Origin: Phoronis australis
Taxonomy: Eukaryota > Animalia > Phoronida
Direction: 5' to 3'
Length of the DNA: 64,000 nucleotides
Assembly: GCA_002633005.1 (NCBI GenBank)
Contig: NMRA01000218.1
Location: 329,113-393,112, forward strand
The notes below the pieces were generated by a model. It searched no databases, had not been told where the DNA came from, and saw only the letters and a list, made by a program, of their open reading frames with translations. Within the stretch, counting starts at the first letter, position 1; every line of letters starts with the position of its first letter. Made by a program: the position numbers and the translations under genes. Below, piece by piece: positions 25,792-38,540 of the stretch.

Positions 25792-27124
25792 AGGCGAAGG
25801 CAACATTTTTTCATGTCATTTTTAGCAAAAATAATGTTTGTTAATTATCCCGGACATATTTTTCACTTATTTACTGCTTTTCGTAATTTAATTAATTACT
25901 CGTCGTCTACTCCGGAAGTGACGTTTTGGGACGCAAGAATTTCGCGCCAATTTCTTTACATATAGTCTGACTGTGAGAGCAGTAGAGTGAGTTATTGTTC
26001 TACCTAGGTTGTGATAAGTTCAGTCGTCGTTTGCTTTTGCTTACGAGTCAGTCAACATGCCACGCTGTTGTTGCGTACTGGGATGTACTCATTATCGTCT
26101 CACGTACAGAGGAAGAACTGTCCCACTTGCCCGAGTGTCCCGCGACACACTCCCACTGGAGGTTGATTTGAGCACCCAAACTGCTTACATCCCGTCGTGT
26201 GACTCCCTCGCCACACACCTGGCACCTTCTAAAGAGCTCCAATACAAGTCCACAGTAAACTTATCAAACTTATGCTCACCGATCTGTTCATTGGATGACG
26301 AACTGTCCCCTTCACTGGGTGTCGAACTGGGCCTATATTCACTCCCACTACTCAACATCGCTTCAGGACTGCTTACATGCTCTGGGCTAGAGACAACAGC
26401 ACAGGGCGAATCACTGCTAGTTACCGAAATTCCACGTTATGGGGTACGTTCGGAGACACGGGTGACAATAGATGAAGTGAATCCAATCCCTGTATATTGT
26501 GGCCACAGCTCGCGAGGCTCCTCGCTTCAAAAACGCTCTTCTCTGGGTTGGCAACGGGGCACTGCCGGGAATCAACAGCGACGGTATGGTACCCTTTTTC
26601 AGGCGTTGTTTCGCAGGGACCTTCAATTCAGCGTACATATCTATGTTGTAATCTGACGGCAGAAAATGCTTGCCACACACTTGGTAACCCTCCACTGCTT
26701 TGTACGTTGCGTGGACGGGTAGCGCTGCGTTCTTCACGTGAACAAGCTAGCCAAGTACGGCGAAGTGTGTCATCCTTCGGAAAGCGATGCAAGGCACCCA
26801 AAGCGCGTGTGAGACGATAATGAGTACATCCCGGCACGCAGCAACAGTGTGGCATGTTGACTGACTTGTACAAAAACAAACGACGACTGAACTTATCGCA
26901 ACCGAGGTAGAACAATGATTGACTCGACAACTCTCACAGTCAGACTATAATGAACAGAAATTGGCGCGAACCTCTTGCCTCCCAAAATGTCACTTTCAGA
27001 GTAGAGGACGATAAATTAATCAAATTACAAAACAATGTAATTACATGTAAGTGAAAAATGTGTCTGGATAATCAACGAACCTTATTTTTGCTAAAAGTGA
27101 CATGAAAAAAGGTTGCCTTCGCCT
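25792..27124 (-). mobile_element. Kolobok-type DNA transposon derivative with ~315-bp TIRs and TTAA TSD
   Basis: TTAA|AGGCGAAGGCAAC ... GTTGCCTTCGCCT|TTAA, with TSD at 25788-25791 and 27125-27128. 25792-26103 is an inverted copy of 26809-27124, and a THAP transposase remnant lies inside. TTAA TSD, RR..YY termini and a THAP domain together fit Kolobok. Confidence 0.88.
26105..26855 (-). pseudogene. Frameshifted, 3'-truncated THAP-domain transposase (THAP zinc finger plus CxxC..C..H motif, no DDE core)
   Basis: MPHCCCVPGCTHYRLT...LHRFPKDDTLRRTWL, then after a frameshift YQVCGKHFLPSDY...RLKKGTIPS, gives the THAP signature (C2CH, FP, W, AVPT-like box). A Ser-rich linker follows, then LELFRRCQVCG...INLQWECVAGHSGKWDSS. 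Confidence 0.9.
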
Positions 27125-27557
27125 TTAAGATCTTTCAATAGCCTTGCAAAGTTTTCAGCTTTTTTACTGAAATCATTGTCGAGAAAAACATTTTACAAAA
27201 TCAGAATTAATACGAAAACGAGGCTTGTTTGAGAAATATCAAAGGAGATTAAGTGTATATCTAGGTGTAGCCCAAGCCCTCAAGAAATCTAGTTCCATGA
27301 TAATCTGTGGTGGTCGATGTAGAACCACTCGTAAGTACCATCAGAAATTGCTACTTAATATTTTGACGATATGAAACGTTTTCGTTTGCTGCTCAAATCT
27401 TTACTCATTCAGAACATGGGGCTTAAAAAATGTAACAGTATTTTTTAGATTTCATATTGAATATTTATATTGAACGAAAATCGGTTGTGTTACAGGTATT
27501 GATACAGGTTGTTTTGCTACGCATTTGCCTTTCTTTTAGCTATATTTGAATGAAAAA

Positions 27558-27727
27558 GACATCGGTCGCGTAGTCCAATTAGTGACACGTCGGTAGCGTT
27601 GTCCAATTAATGACACATCGGTCGTGTAGTCCAATTAATGACACATCGGTCGCGTAGTCCAAATAATGACACATCGGTAACGTATTTCAATTAATGACAC
27701 ATCGGTCGTGTAGTCTAATTAATGACA
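27558..27727. repeat. Minisatellite, 28-bp unit x6
   Basis: GACACATCGGTCGCGTAGTCCAATTAAT in head-to-tail copies with no unique spacers. Confidence 0.95.
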
Positions 27728-30242
27728 GGTTGGTTTCAAGTCAAAGTTGAAACTTTGCAGGCTTTCTACTTTCAGAAAATATATACTTTTACTTAGCTAA
27801 AATCTTTTGTAGATAATTGGGCAAACACACCAGCAAGTCAATAGATCGTGCATAACTTTATAAGCCTCTATTGGTAGGTCTCTGCACGTAATAAGATGGC
27901 CCATGCTTGCTTACAGTACATGTATTTCAATCAAGCAATTTCCCGAAACATTGATGGAATCCAAATTCACGATCTTAGGCCGTTAAACTTGTTTAATTTA
28001 CTTTCAATCATTCAAGCTCATGCGGTGGATCTGTTTTTAATTGGCCAGGGATTATTTCAAAAGCGATGCACGTTTGGGAATTCCGAAAAAGCCCCCACGG
28101 AAAAATACCCATAAATCAAGGATGTGCCGCCCTCCCCCGGTCATAGAGCGCTCCTGTCAGAATAACGCCCTAGGTGCAAGACTCAGTCAGCTGATATCCC
28201 TCGATTAATTCTGTACCTACACTAGACATAGGTCACGTTTTCCATGTTTTAAATCCGATTTTCCCCACTTCAATAAAGTGTCATAAAAAAGCGCAATGAC
28301 CTGGTGAAACGGTACGGAAGATAAACAATTACAATAGCGTAATAAAGCAATTAGCTGGAAATGTATCGATGACAGGTGATTGCGTTGTTTCCATACACTG
28401 TACTTGTGTTATCTGAATACATCGTGTAAACATCTGTACATTTACTGCAAGAATTGCCTTCCACGATTTTTGCATTGTTTTGGTCTCTGTAAATTACTTT
28501 ATACACTCCTTGGTATGATAACCATTCAAAGCATGGCAATTGATCTGTTTTAGTTTTTTGTCGTGTACACAGTGCGACTAAAACAGCCAGACCGCAGTAT
28601 TGGTAAATTGCTAGATTAGCAACCTTATAATTGAGGAATGGCACTCTATTCTGTTACCTTTCAGATTAAGGTTATCTCCAACCTTACTTAGTGGCCTCTA
28701 TTCTAACTTTTATATAAAAAACTAAGCTTTGTCAACTAGTAAATGTATATTTTCTGAAAGAAAAAAATTAGGGAATATGAAAATATTTTTGTATTAATGT
28801 ACTATTATTATTTTTACTTTAAAACCTTTTTAAGTCAAACTTTTATTTTTAAGAAAGGTACATTCATAGCAATAAAACCCTCGGTATATTTTAAGGAAAC
28901 TTTTTTTTTAAATGAAAACTTCACTAGTTACCTCAAAAGCGCTGTTAGGAATTTGCGATTAGTCTTTTCGTTTGGTTTCTGTGACAAATCATTCGCAAAA
29001 CGTAAGGTATCTTTGTAAAAACCGGAAGTCGTATTCGTATTTGTTAAATTACGCAAAATTAGGCATTTATATCGAAAACGCTAACAGCATTTTTGAGATT
29101 GATCACTAAATATTAAATTTGAAAAGTTTCACCGAAATCCACCCAGCCGTTTTCTAGAACTCGTGTTCCTAATTTCAAATTAAGTCGATTTGCCGAAGCC
29201 GAGAAAAAGCCGATTAAACTGGGACAAGTGAAAATCTCAAAGTCCTCGGTTAATTATTCGGTGAAAACTTGTTTTCGGTACACATAACCTATACAAGCCT
29301 TAAATATGTTCGCTATTTTAAAATTCACTCACAATTTCACTTGATTTTGTAGTGAGTACATGTAAATAACTTTATTATCATTAAAACGTATCCCTACAGT
29401 ACCGTTCCCAGCTAACTCTTACTGTTGTTTGCGACCTTTGACCAACTTTTATGTAAATAGGTCACAGTTCATTTTTATACAAGTCACGTGCTGGGAGACT
29501 GATACCAAACCAAGTAAGAAATGGATAACAAAAGTCGAATTGGTGGTTAAAGCATGTCGTTAGCATGAGATCGAAACATTGAAATGTCAATTTATTAATT
29601 GAATGAAGGAATTAGGGTGGGGATTTATCTCTTTTCACAACTTGCTGTGTTCATGACCAGAGGCCTGAGGCGACCGTAGTCAATTCGTTCTCAACGCCAA
29701 CGGTCGTATGCATGTAGACGCACAACTAAGGATCAAAACTACGTTTTGTCTTTGTTCCCCCGGCAACATTCTGCCATACATGTGTAAGTACAGTACACCT
29801 CGTTGATTCAATGTTATGGCGATTCTGTGAATGAAAGGACTGAGGTTATGCGAAGCTGTTCTGTACCTGGCGGGAGAATCGATTTGATTGAAAGCCCTTT
29901 AACCTTTGACCTCGGATAAGTAGAAAACAAGTATCCACGCGGTTGTGCAGTTCCAAGGTGGTTCTGTTAAATCTTTTTTTCTCGCTACACAGTATATATT
30001 TTGTATTTAGTTCGAAGTTCAACGAGAATGAAGATAAGGTATTTTTCTAGACACACATGAATTATTGTAAAAATGACCATTTTTGTGAATAAGGTTGGAA
30101 ATAACATTAACAAGAATAGCTCTGATATAATCGCAGATTAGAGGCCTACAACGTCAGTCCTACGAGCGTCACATATTATAGGAATGTATGTCGCGCCCCT
30201 AGCGGTCTCATGGTATTGCTAGCCCATCATTTGGTGTAAATG

Positions 30243-30537
30243 GCGCCCCTAATGTTCTAAAGGTGAAAAATCTTGATTAGCTGCTATTGTGCGATGGAAA
30301 GACTTCAATCGATGCTCGTACGCAGAATCGCTAGAATCGCATGGGTAGCCCGTCAGAGTAACCCGTCATTCCGTGTAAGTAGCGTCCCTAGTGTTCTAAA
30401 AATGAAAAATCGCTGATAAGCTGCTAAGAAAGCTTTCAATCAATGCTATTATGCAGAATCTCTAGAATAACGGAATAACTACTCTGACGGGCTACCCTTG
30501 CGATTCTAGCGATTCTGGCGATTCTAGCGATTCTGCG
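30243..30537. repeat. Composite local direct and inverted repeat
   Basis: GCGCCCCTAATGTTCTAAA..GCTGCTA..TTCAATC..GCAGAATCGCTAGAAT is duplicated at ~30243 and ~30382. 30322-30360 is inverted at 30480-30537, where CGATTCTAG units are expanded. Confidence 0.7.
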
Positions 30538-31375
30538 TGTTAGCAGAATATCTGATTAGCTGCCGCCAGGGTTACGGCAAGGATTCATGGTATATGTATT
30601 TAGTGTCGCTCAAACACCGACAGTTAGCGTTATTGTATAAACGATATGGAGGATTCTTGAATGCCCCAACTAAGTGTAAGTACATGTAGCGCAGTCAGCG
30701 GTGTTACGTTCAGAGTGGCCTGTTATTTGCAGGCCTGTTGTGCTAATGTAGCAAATATGCCAATACTGCGCCTTGCTATAAAAACAGACTTTCTAGAGTT
30801 TACTCTGTAAATATGTACCTCAAGCTGTTAGAGATTTTTTTTTTATAATATTAGTGGTTTGGCCCCCTTGTGCGTCAACTTGACAACATTGCCTTGATGT
30901 CAAATTCTTGTTACGTTACCTTAATTTTGCCAAGATTTCGATCTTGAGAGTTGGCATCAAAATATTATCGTCGGGATTTGGGGGACCTGGTTCTACAAAA
31001 GGCTCCATGTTATACGTGTACGTAATGACTAGCTCTTTCAAGATTGATCTTTTAAGTTGATTGGCACGGGGAACTTGTATGAAACACCTGGGAAAGATGT
31101 CAATTTCTCACTGTTTAATTGATGCATTACTTCTCAGCAGACGACTCGTTAAATCTTTCTTTTTGAAAAACCGCCGAAAGCACAAAATACTCCACTGCAC
31201 TTTTTAGGTGCAAGCATTCATTTCCAGTTGATACGGTTCACAAAAAAATGTAGATAATCATCAATTTATCAAGGGGTTATTTACGAGAGTACATTTCTCA
31301 CATGTACACGAGGAATTGCCCTCGTTGTTTAGATTGCATGTTTTGGGGTTCTGAACCGTTGTTGTTTCACTATCA

Positions 31376-31632
31376 CATGCGCGCACAGAGGGGGGGGGGG
31401 TGGCTCGGGGGGTTCGAACCAGCTCCCCCCATTTGGCCAAGTGGACAAAAAGGTCCGTCTCAGAGACTGACAGTCCGGGAAAGCGAAACAAAAAGTCCAC
31501 TAAAAAGGAGCGAATGCACAAGTCATAGCTCTGAACGTGGTACCTCGTTTTTTATCTCCCGTTGTTTGTTAGTAAAGGTCCACAGTATCAAAAATTCGAG
31601 CTCCCGCACATTTTAGGCTGGGTGCACGCATG
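31376..31632 (+). mobile_element. CATGCGCG-terminal G-rich MITE
   Basis: CATGCGCGCAC...GGTGCACGCATG with flanks CTATCA and CTATCG. The internal sequence (AAAAAGGTCCGTCTCAG, AAAATTCGAGC) is shared with the other four copies. Confidence 0.9.
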
Positions 31633-32332
31633 CTATCGTGTCGCCTGTCAGGTGAACTCCGAGTTCCTAATTGATCCTTATCCGACACCAAACTGAGAAC
31701 CTTTTGCTAGAAAGATTAACCGACTGGCCCATTTAAATGATGGACACTGTTGTGCTTGATATTAGCTGGCTGATTTTTTTTGGTTGCGGAAGAAACGATC
31801 AAAGACGCAACGCGTGTAGTTAGAGACGGTCTCTGTGTTGCACGAAACACAAAACAGATATCAACTTTGACCAGAACGTTTTCTGCAATGGACATGAGAC
31901 CTTTGAAGCTTGAACTGTGAAAGAAACGAGAGTAATGCACAAATCGCGCCTGTTTAGTGTTACAAGATACTCAAAGAAAGCCAAAGTGACACGGTTATTA
32001 CGATGTAATCCAGTTAGTCTTTAAACTTGAGTTGTGAACTCAGCCTTATGCTTACAGGCAGAATCGACCTATTAGTGGAGAGCTTAGCTCCGTGAATAGA
32101 AAGATCATATCTCCAGAGACCACTATTCTTTGATATGCTCTGAGAGGAATTTCAAGTTTTGTAACACAACTTGGATTTCTATAATGTGTCATAAGTCCGT
32201 GTCACTGAACTGTCACTGACTGGTTGTTCTGAAAATGGCGGATGTCCAAAAGCCACGTGCCATGTGGTCAAAACTTGACATTGGAATAACCACTGCTCTT
32301 AAGTTTGAACAAATATAATTCCCAAAAGACAC

Positions 32333-32619
32333 CAGTGGTGGATTTAATGGGGGGATGCAAGAAGGCCATGCCCCCCTAAAGTTCTCCCAGATACCATTTG
32401 GCAGTTCCAGGCGCGAATTGCTGATTAGAATATGCGAGCATCATGGTGTGCTCGGAGGACGAATGCAAATGCATTGGCCTTGCACAAACCCCGTTTAACG
32501 TTTTTAGGAATAAGGTCCACAAATCCATTCATAAATTTTAATCTTGGGCGCTCGTGTGGCGAAATTCGGGTTATCCCTGTGCCCTGCCCCCCCCCCCCNA
32601 AATCTTCGATCCGCCCCTG
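32333..32619. mobile_element. CAGTGGTGGAT / ATCCGCCCCTG MITE with 5-bp TSD
   Basis: TIRs as named, flanks GACAC and GATAC, G/C homopolymer runs inside. Confidence 0.8.
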
Positions 32620-33746
32620 GATACCATTTTATTGATTAGGGTGTGGGAATGATTCCATAATGGTCGCATTTTTATAAATTCCAGAGTAGCCAAAACAAAC
32701 TCCAGTTCCGCACCTGCCAACGTCAGGACCGCTCTGTTTCAGAGTCATAATTTCTCGGTTTTTTAAAGTGGAGATTTACAGTGTACATGTACAACCAGGC
32801 AATCGCATATTTTGAGACTCCGACTGGTATTTTGACGCAAGGCCAAGGAATAGTTTCCAAGCCACCTAGCTTATTTACGTTGACATACATAGCAGGCACT
32901 TTAACTTAAGTATATTCATGCCAACTATGTGAAAATAAAGAGAAAAATCAGAGAGGGTCACTGGAATTATCAGACAACAATCAGATTGAGCTAGGCAAAT
33001 GATGCCGACATAAACATCGCAAAAATGTTTTTATCAGCCATTGTGAATGCCATGAGGTAGGTCTGCATCCAGTTGACGTAGCTTAAATCTACAAGGTGAG
33101 TTAGAATTACAGGTAGGTGAAATTAATTGATCTGTGATGGGAGATAACATGGAAAAAGGAGGGCAACGACAATGTCAACCACAACGGAACAACTAAGCAA
33201 TTGAAACCAATCACTCACCGACCCATCGTCTAGATCACCTTCCATGTTTCTCGACTAAGCAAGAAGTTTGGCGAGGGCTATCACCATAACTGTAAATACA
33301 TGTACAGATGTACCAACTATTGTCTACCGAACGCCGGATTAGACTACACAGTGACATCTGCACGGAAGGTGAAGTCACAGCCAGCCGGTGTTGTCGCGTC
33401 TGAATAGTCGCCTTAGCGTAGGAATTAGCCTTGCGGCTTACAAATTTCACTCCAATTTAGACCAAAAAGCTTCTTTGGCTCTGGACTGTTTGTTTTGAAA
33501 ACCGAATCGGTGCTGCAGTATTTTTTCAAATACTCACTTAAGCAAAAGAAAATCCATCATAGATGGGCAAACATGACGCGGGATTTATTTATGTGTTTTG
33601 TTTAGTAAATACAGAATTTGTTGAATACACGACACTTTTCATTTTTCACGGTCTTTATTCCGTTGCGTTCATACTTTCTGAACAAAACTCTACTCTCTAC
33701 TGAACATAGATACAGTAACTGACCTAGCGACATAATTAAAAAGACA

Positions 33747-33784
33747 CACGATATTTCGAAACATACTTGTTTCATTCTCAAGTG
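33747..33784 (-). ncRNA. Minimal type I hammerhead ribozyme (U3-A8 variant) in the Penelope 3' region
   Basis: Minus strand CAC-UUGAGAA-U-GAAACA-AGUA-UGUUUC-GAA-AUAU-C-GUG gives stem I CAC/GUG, a variant core, a perfect 6-bp stem II, GAAA, a palindromic AUAU stem III and an AUC cleavage triplet. It lies ~120 nt downstream of a Penelope GIY-YIG stop codon. Confidence 0.7.
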
Positions 33785-33900
33785 AAGATAAAATGACGCA
33801 GTAATGCCACCACAGAGTATAAGCTGACGACACACACAGTGAGACACGGCGGGTGTGAAATACTGCAAAGAATGACTAAAGAATTAGGGTAACAGGAAAG

Positions 33901-34182
33901 TCACGCAAACAAGTGTAACGTGCGGCGCGACCCTGTTTGCTGCTCATTCAAAATAGGCTTCTCAAAAGCAATTAAAAGGGACTCTAATACTTTCAAACGC
34001 AGCACATCTTGCTCCACGTAGCGAATTGACGTGTTTTCCACAATTTCTTGACGGGTGATTTTAGTAAATACATGTACATTCGTGTTGTTAGAGGGGTGTC
34101 GGCACTCGTATAAATTTTCGAAAAGTTCTCTTTGTTTCCCATATAGCGGCAGAAACATAACATTGGCGTCGCATCCCAGCAT
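33901..34182 (-). mobile_element. Penelope-like retroelement 3' fragment (GIY-YIG endonuclease C-terminus)
   Basis: TKITRQEIVENTSIRYVEQDVLRLKVLESLLIAFEKPILNEQQTGSRRTLHLFA* matches the Penelope-like element (PLE) endonuclease tail L.ILE.L.I...P.LN.Q...L.LF. It is 5'-truncated, has no RT, and has a hammerhead downstream. Confidence 0.85.
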
Positions 34183-35677
34183 GCTGGCAAATGGCGACCA
34201 AGGTGACTTACATGTTTTTTAAAGTAGCATATTTCACCTTTCCAACAAAAATATTATGTTACCCACATACACTGTAGTAGGGTTTAAAGAACGCAGAAAC
34301 TCGTAGAAATACATTTTAAACTACTAGTTGAGGACACTAACGTGAGAGTTATGCACTTCGAATATTTCAATTAAATGTTTTTAGAAAAAACCGTCAGATT
34401 CACTATTTTTTTAAATTCAGATGAAATATAAACTGTTTCATTCTAATGCAGTTTTCAAACTATCCGCCCCTAATCTATATGCGAGCATGCGCTCAAAGAA
34501 TTATCCAGAAAACATTACCCAAGTGCACAATCGCCATTGCTTTGTTTGTACCAAATATCAAAGGTCACGTTTCCATGTAATGGGACAGTGCTACGTGTAC
34601 ATGTACGTCTTTCTATTCCATTTAAGGAAACGCACATGGCATCGTGGGAGAAAATCGACGAAGTGACGAGCACGTGACAGATCACATTTTGAAATGTTTA
34701 AGTTAGTTTTAAAAAACTAAGGGAAATATTTCTTTGACATCGACAGAAATTCAGAATCTTTACTAAAAAACCGTAAAAATAGCTGATGAACAGTTTGACT
34801 CCTGCTTTATAGGCACAGAGCATTTTCTTTTGTTTTTCACGTTCTATAGCACTTTAATGAATAGAGTTTCTGGGCCAACATCGCGTCGTCCCGCCATGAT
34901 TGCCCGACACAAGTAGACTTGACTGCAACACAGAAGACTTAGCGTAACCATACAACACTTCACTCGAACGATAATTTCAACTAATTAGCTTTCACGAGGT
35001 AAGTTAGGACATGCGTGCTTTTGCAAGCCGTCACGTGTTGCGGACAAGTTACCCCCGTATCTATGTACAGTACACTGAATATTTAAACCGCTGCTTTTGA
35101 TGATTTTTCAACGTTATTTATGCGACTGTCGCAGAGATGCTACTGCATCTTGATGTATTTGTATTTGTTACAGATTACCACACGAATTGCTCTGAATTTG
35201 TATGAAAAAGTACTAATTCTTCAGCTAAGTTGAATTTTGAAATTAATTGTTTTCTTTGAGGAAAAAATCCATTTTCTCATGGTCTCTGAGTCCTAACATC
35301 GGAAACGGACGCATGATCGCGAGTTTCCCAGTATTGGAACATAGCTCTATGACGTAGCCATTGAACATGTCATATAAGGAAAAAAATCAAAACGAAACCA
35401 CCCCGACATCGATGTCAGTAACTTTAGAACGTTCTGAAGAAGGTCATGGATTGATTCTCAAAACTGCCATGAAAGCCGGTGACTACAAAACTCGCTAACT
35501 GTAGTATGCCTACACTTGTAGTATGCGATATATCACCATTTCGGGCAGCGACTAAAAATTACACTGTAGGTTTGTTTCCAGACTACAAGTTAACCGCTTT
35601 GAAAATAAACTGAGAGAAAAAACCTTGATGGACATAGTGCCTTAGCTTGGGAAGGGGTTCATCCCAGGCGGTACCGC

Positions 35678-35736
35678 GCTGCTGTTGCTGCTGATGCTGC
35701 AGCTGCTGCTGCCGCCACCGCCGCCGCCGCTGCCGC
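35678..35736. repeat. Imperfect (GCT)n(GCC)n trinucleotide repeat
   Basis: GCTGCTGTTGCTGCTGATGCTGCAGCTGCTGCTGCCGCCACCGCCGCCGCCGCTGCCGC. Confidence 0.85.
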
Positions 35737-36424
35737 AAAAGTGACGAAGAGGAAATTAAGGAGAAATTCTGCGCTACAGACTTTGTCATCAACTGATTCT
35801 TAAAAGACACATACCATCGGACTAAATCTGTTAACAGCCATAGCGCCTTCGGCAAATCATACCAGCACGAAGCAGGAAATAAAACGATTCGAAGTCTGCT
35901 ATCTGCAACTTTACATGCTACAATTCAATAGATGCCCGCCATGTCAGAGAATATTATGGTTCTGTTTGATAAACAAGTTAAAACGGCGCCGACATCCTCA
36001 AGCAAAACGGGATCATCTTAAAAACATTCTCGTTTGTATTTTACTGATTTTTTGTTTCAACTTGTCGGTCACAGAGCAAAGGTTTGTTCATATTTACAGC
36101 CAGCCATCAAGTTAATCTCTTTAGGTGCAAGTTTTTAATAATGTCGCGTTTCTTGCACCCAATTGTATGATGCATTTCCATATATAACCCTCATTTCCCA
36201 AAGCGACCTTATGTTTGTTTCGATCAAGTACAATGTACCAGGCCTGCCCGGTCAAAGTCGTGCATGTAGATGTACTTGCACACTAGGAAAGGATTTGATA
36301 CAAACTCTTTGCTATTTTTTGAAAAAGCTCCTGACAACCAATTTAAAAACATCTGTTCATTGCTAAAAATTAGTTAGAAAATCAAATTCGCTTGGCGTAT
36401 TGTTGTGGAAAGCATGGACCTTAA

Positions 36425-38540
36425 AGTCCCTCACTAAAAGGGCAATCTAGTACAAAAAAGCTTAAAACGATACATCAAATCAAGTAATATGTAACATGCC
36501 ATATGTTCACATCTTTTCTGTTAGCAAACTAAAAACCTTTTTGAGCACAATTTTGTCGAGAGCGGGAAATAATCGACTATGCCCGTCTATTTCCGTGACC
36601 TGGGTTCCTGTGTGTCAGTTCAGGAACGATTCCTGAATGCTGGTCATGTTGTCCTTGAAGACGTATTGACGTCACCGTGAGCGTAAACACGTTGTTACTC
36701 TGTTTGTTTGTTTTTGATTCTCAGTTTGGTTCTTGTTATACAAACTTGGTTATTTACTTTCCAAATTTTGCCTGTTCTTTGCATATGACGGGTGGTATTT
36801 AATGCATAATCATAAGTTTGTGAAGTATCGCATCTCCTGTCGCCAACACTCGGCTACTGAGGTCAGCCCTAACTCATCGCGAGGGTACGTCAAATATCAG
36901 CAACAGAACCCGTTTAAGTAATAAATTAGACGAAAAAACTTTCTTGATCAACAAATGTCTTATCTTTATCTCCATATCGTGAAACTGATGCAAAGCAGGA
37001 GCCTGAAGTGAGCAATTTCATTGTGACTACCCGGACGTGTGAGCGCAGCAAATCGGCACCGGCTTTACTGGCCGTTAAAAATGTAAAGTACATAAAAAAC
37101 ATCCATATATGGAAATATTTCAACAAACAAAAACAAGTTGTATCTCAAAACATTGAGCTTCACTCCTCAATTCCATAATACGCACCTCTGCTTGATTTTG
37201 GTGCCTGGACACAGTAACCGACAAAGTAATTCCTCTGCAGTTGCCGTGACTCTTCGCCGGGAAAAAATCACTTGCCAAATTGGATTTGATTTTCAATTAT
37301 CAGGGAAAATGTATTTCAAAACCTTTAAAAACTTACAATATATACCTCCGTTGTCGAAAGATGTAAATTCCGCGCCACAAACCCGGGGGAGTGCACTTGA
37401 TTTTACTCAATGGGCAGAAAGTCGGCGATGGGAAAATGTTGCAGTTTTGGAGCATGACGCAGTATTTTTTAATCACTTTGTCACAGTAATTTCACTCATT
37501 CAAGGCCCGGGTGGCTAACTAAAGTTCTCATCTTTCCCCGCGGAGTACAGATGTCCGCGCGCGGCAGGCCAGGCGGTCCGCCTCCACCGGGTAGCGGCTT
37601 ATACGAATGTTTCTGACAAAGTGGGAATTATTCCTTTTACTTTAAACTCAGTAATATTTATATTATGCCATTTGGCATCATGGCAAGTTTTCTTCCTGAA
37701 GTTATTTCGCCACCAAATGGTATTCTGTTGGCAATCAGCCACCCGGTGGTAACGGAAGTCGCATGAGACCACCGCTGGTATTTCAGTTTCCGTCTAAATT
37801 TATTTTTGATATCTTCGCAAGTTTAGTTGTCAGGATATTCTAATTGTATAGCAATTTTATACAATTATGTTGATGTTGTATGTTCGTTGTTCTGTTTATA
37901 CTGTTTGTTTACGGGAGTGAGTTACACCCAGTAAAACAAGCTTAGCCTAGTCCGCCAAGGCTGCCTTGTTATTCAATCGTTTGCACAGGACAGTGACTAG
38001 TCCGTAATTTTATGCCAGTGTCGGAAACTATCTCTGTACGTATACGACACTTATGATTTGAACCATTTATTCCGATAAAACAGCAGGGGACGACATGCCT
38101 TCGACTTTTGTCAGTGCTAGTCGCCTCGATCGCTCCGCACCGGGCCATCGGCTGCAAGTCCGAGTACGGCAAAATAATTTCTGTCAAAATTGGTTTTGCC
38201 CCATTTTTTCAAAAATTTTAGTACGAATTGTCCTTATTTTGGTTTTATTAAATTTAGGATTCGCTGTCGATTATTTTATTCCCGTTTGCAGGATGGTAAC
38301 AGACACTGCTCCAGTCGCACAGCCGGTACTTGTGCGTGGCTTCCTGAATGAATTGTATTTCCGGTTTCGGGGTTAGTTCAAAATGGCGGTGTGTTCTTGG
38401 GGTCGGAATCGTGAGTGGCGCGTTTACTTAATTTTTTTTCTACTACGGATTGTGTATTGCTCATGGGATGTGCACTGCGTGGTTCCTTATAATTACTTTT
38501 AACTGTTTAATACGAGTTAAAAACGTGTGCTTTTAGGATA
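36425..38540 (-). mobile_element. ~2.1-kb non-autonomous TTAA-type (Kolobok-like) element, copy B
   Basis: Flanked by TTAA at 36421-36424 and 38541-38544. Short imperfect TIR (AGTCC..AAAAG / CTTTTAGGATA). Inverted homolog of 19952-22343 without the nested MITE. Subterminal AAAATGGCGG and TTCCGG motifs. Confidence 0.88.

Noticed and set aside
26057-26656. 199-aa plus-strand ORF starting MPRCCCVLGC
   Set aside because: Only the first 16 codons are THAP-derived (TIR copy). The rest is the antisense of the transposase remnant.
27558-27727. 28-bp repeat array resembling a CRISPR array in unit length
   Set aside because: Units are head-to-tail with no unique spacers, there are no cas genes, and the context is eukaryotic. 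It is a minisatellite.
28666-29303. TTAAGG...CCTTAA-bounded segment as another Kolobok-type element
   Set aside because: The sequences inside the ends do not form a convincing TIR. It is probably transposon-derived, but the boundaries cannot be supported.
35431-35466. Hammerhead-like CTGAAGAAG-GTCA..TGAT motif
   Set aside because: It lacks the required GAAA and a convincing stem I or III. At best it is a dead remnant.
35583-35855. Poly-Q/poly-R ORF, and a TIMP/NTR-like peptide EKFCATDFVI on the plus strand
   Set aside because: Explained by a trinucleotide repeat. The TIMP-like words are short, bounded by stops and out of frame with the Leu-rich stretch.
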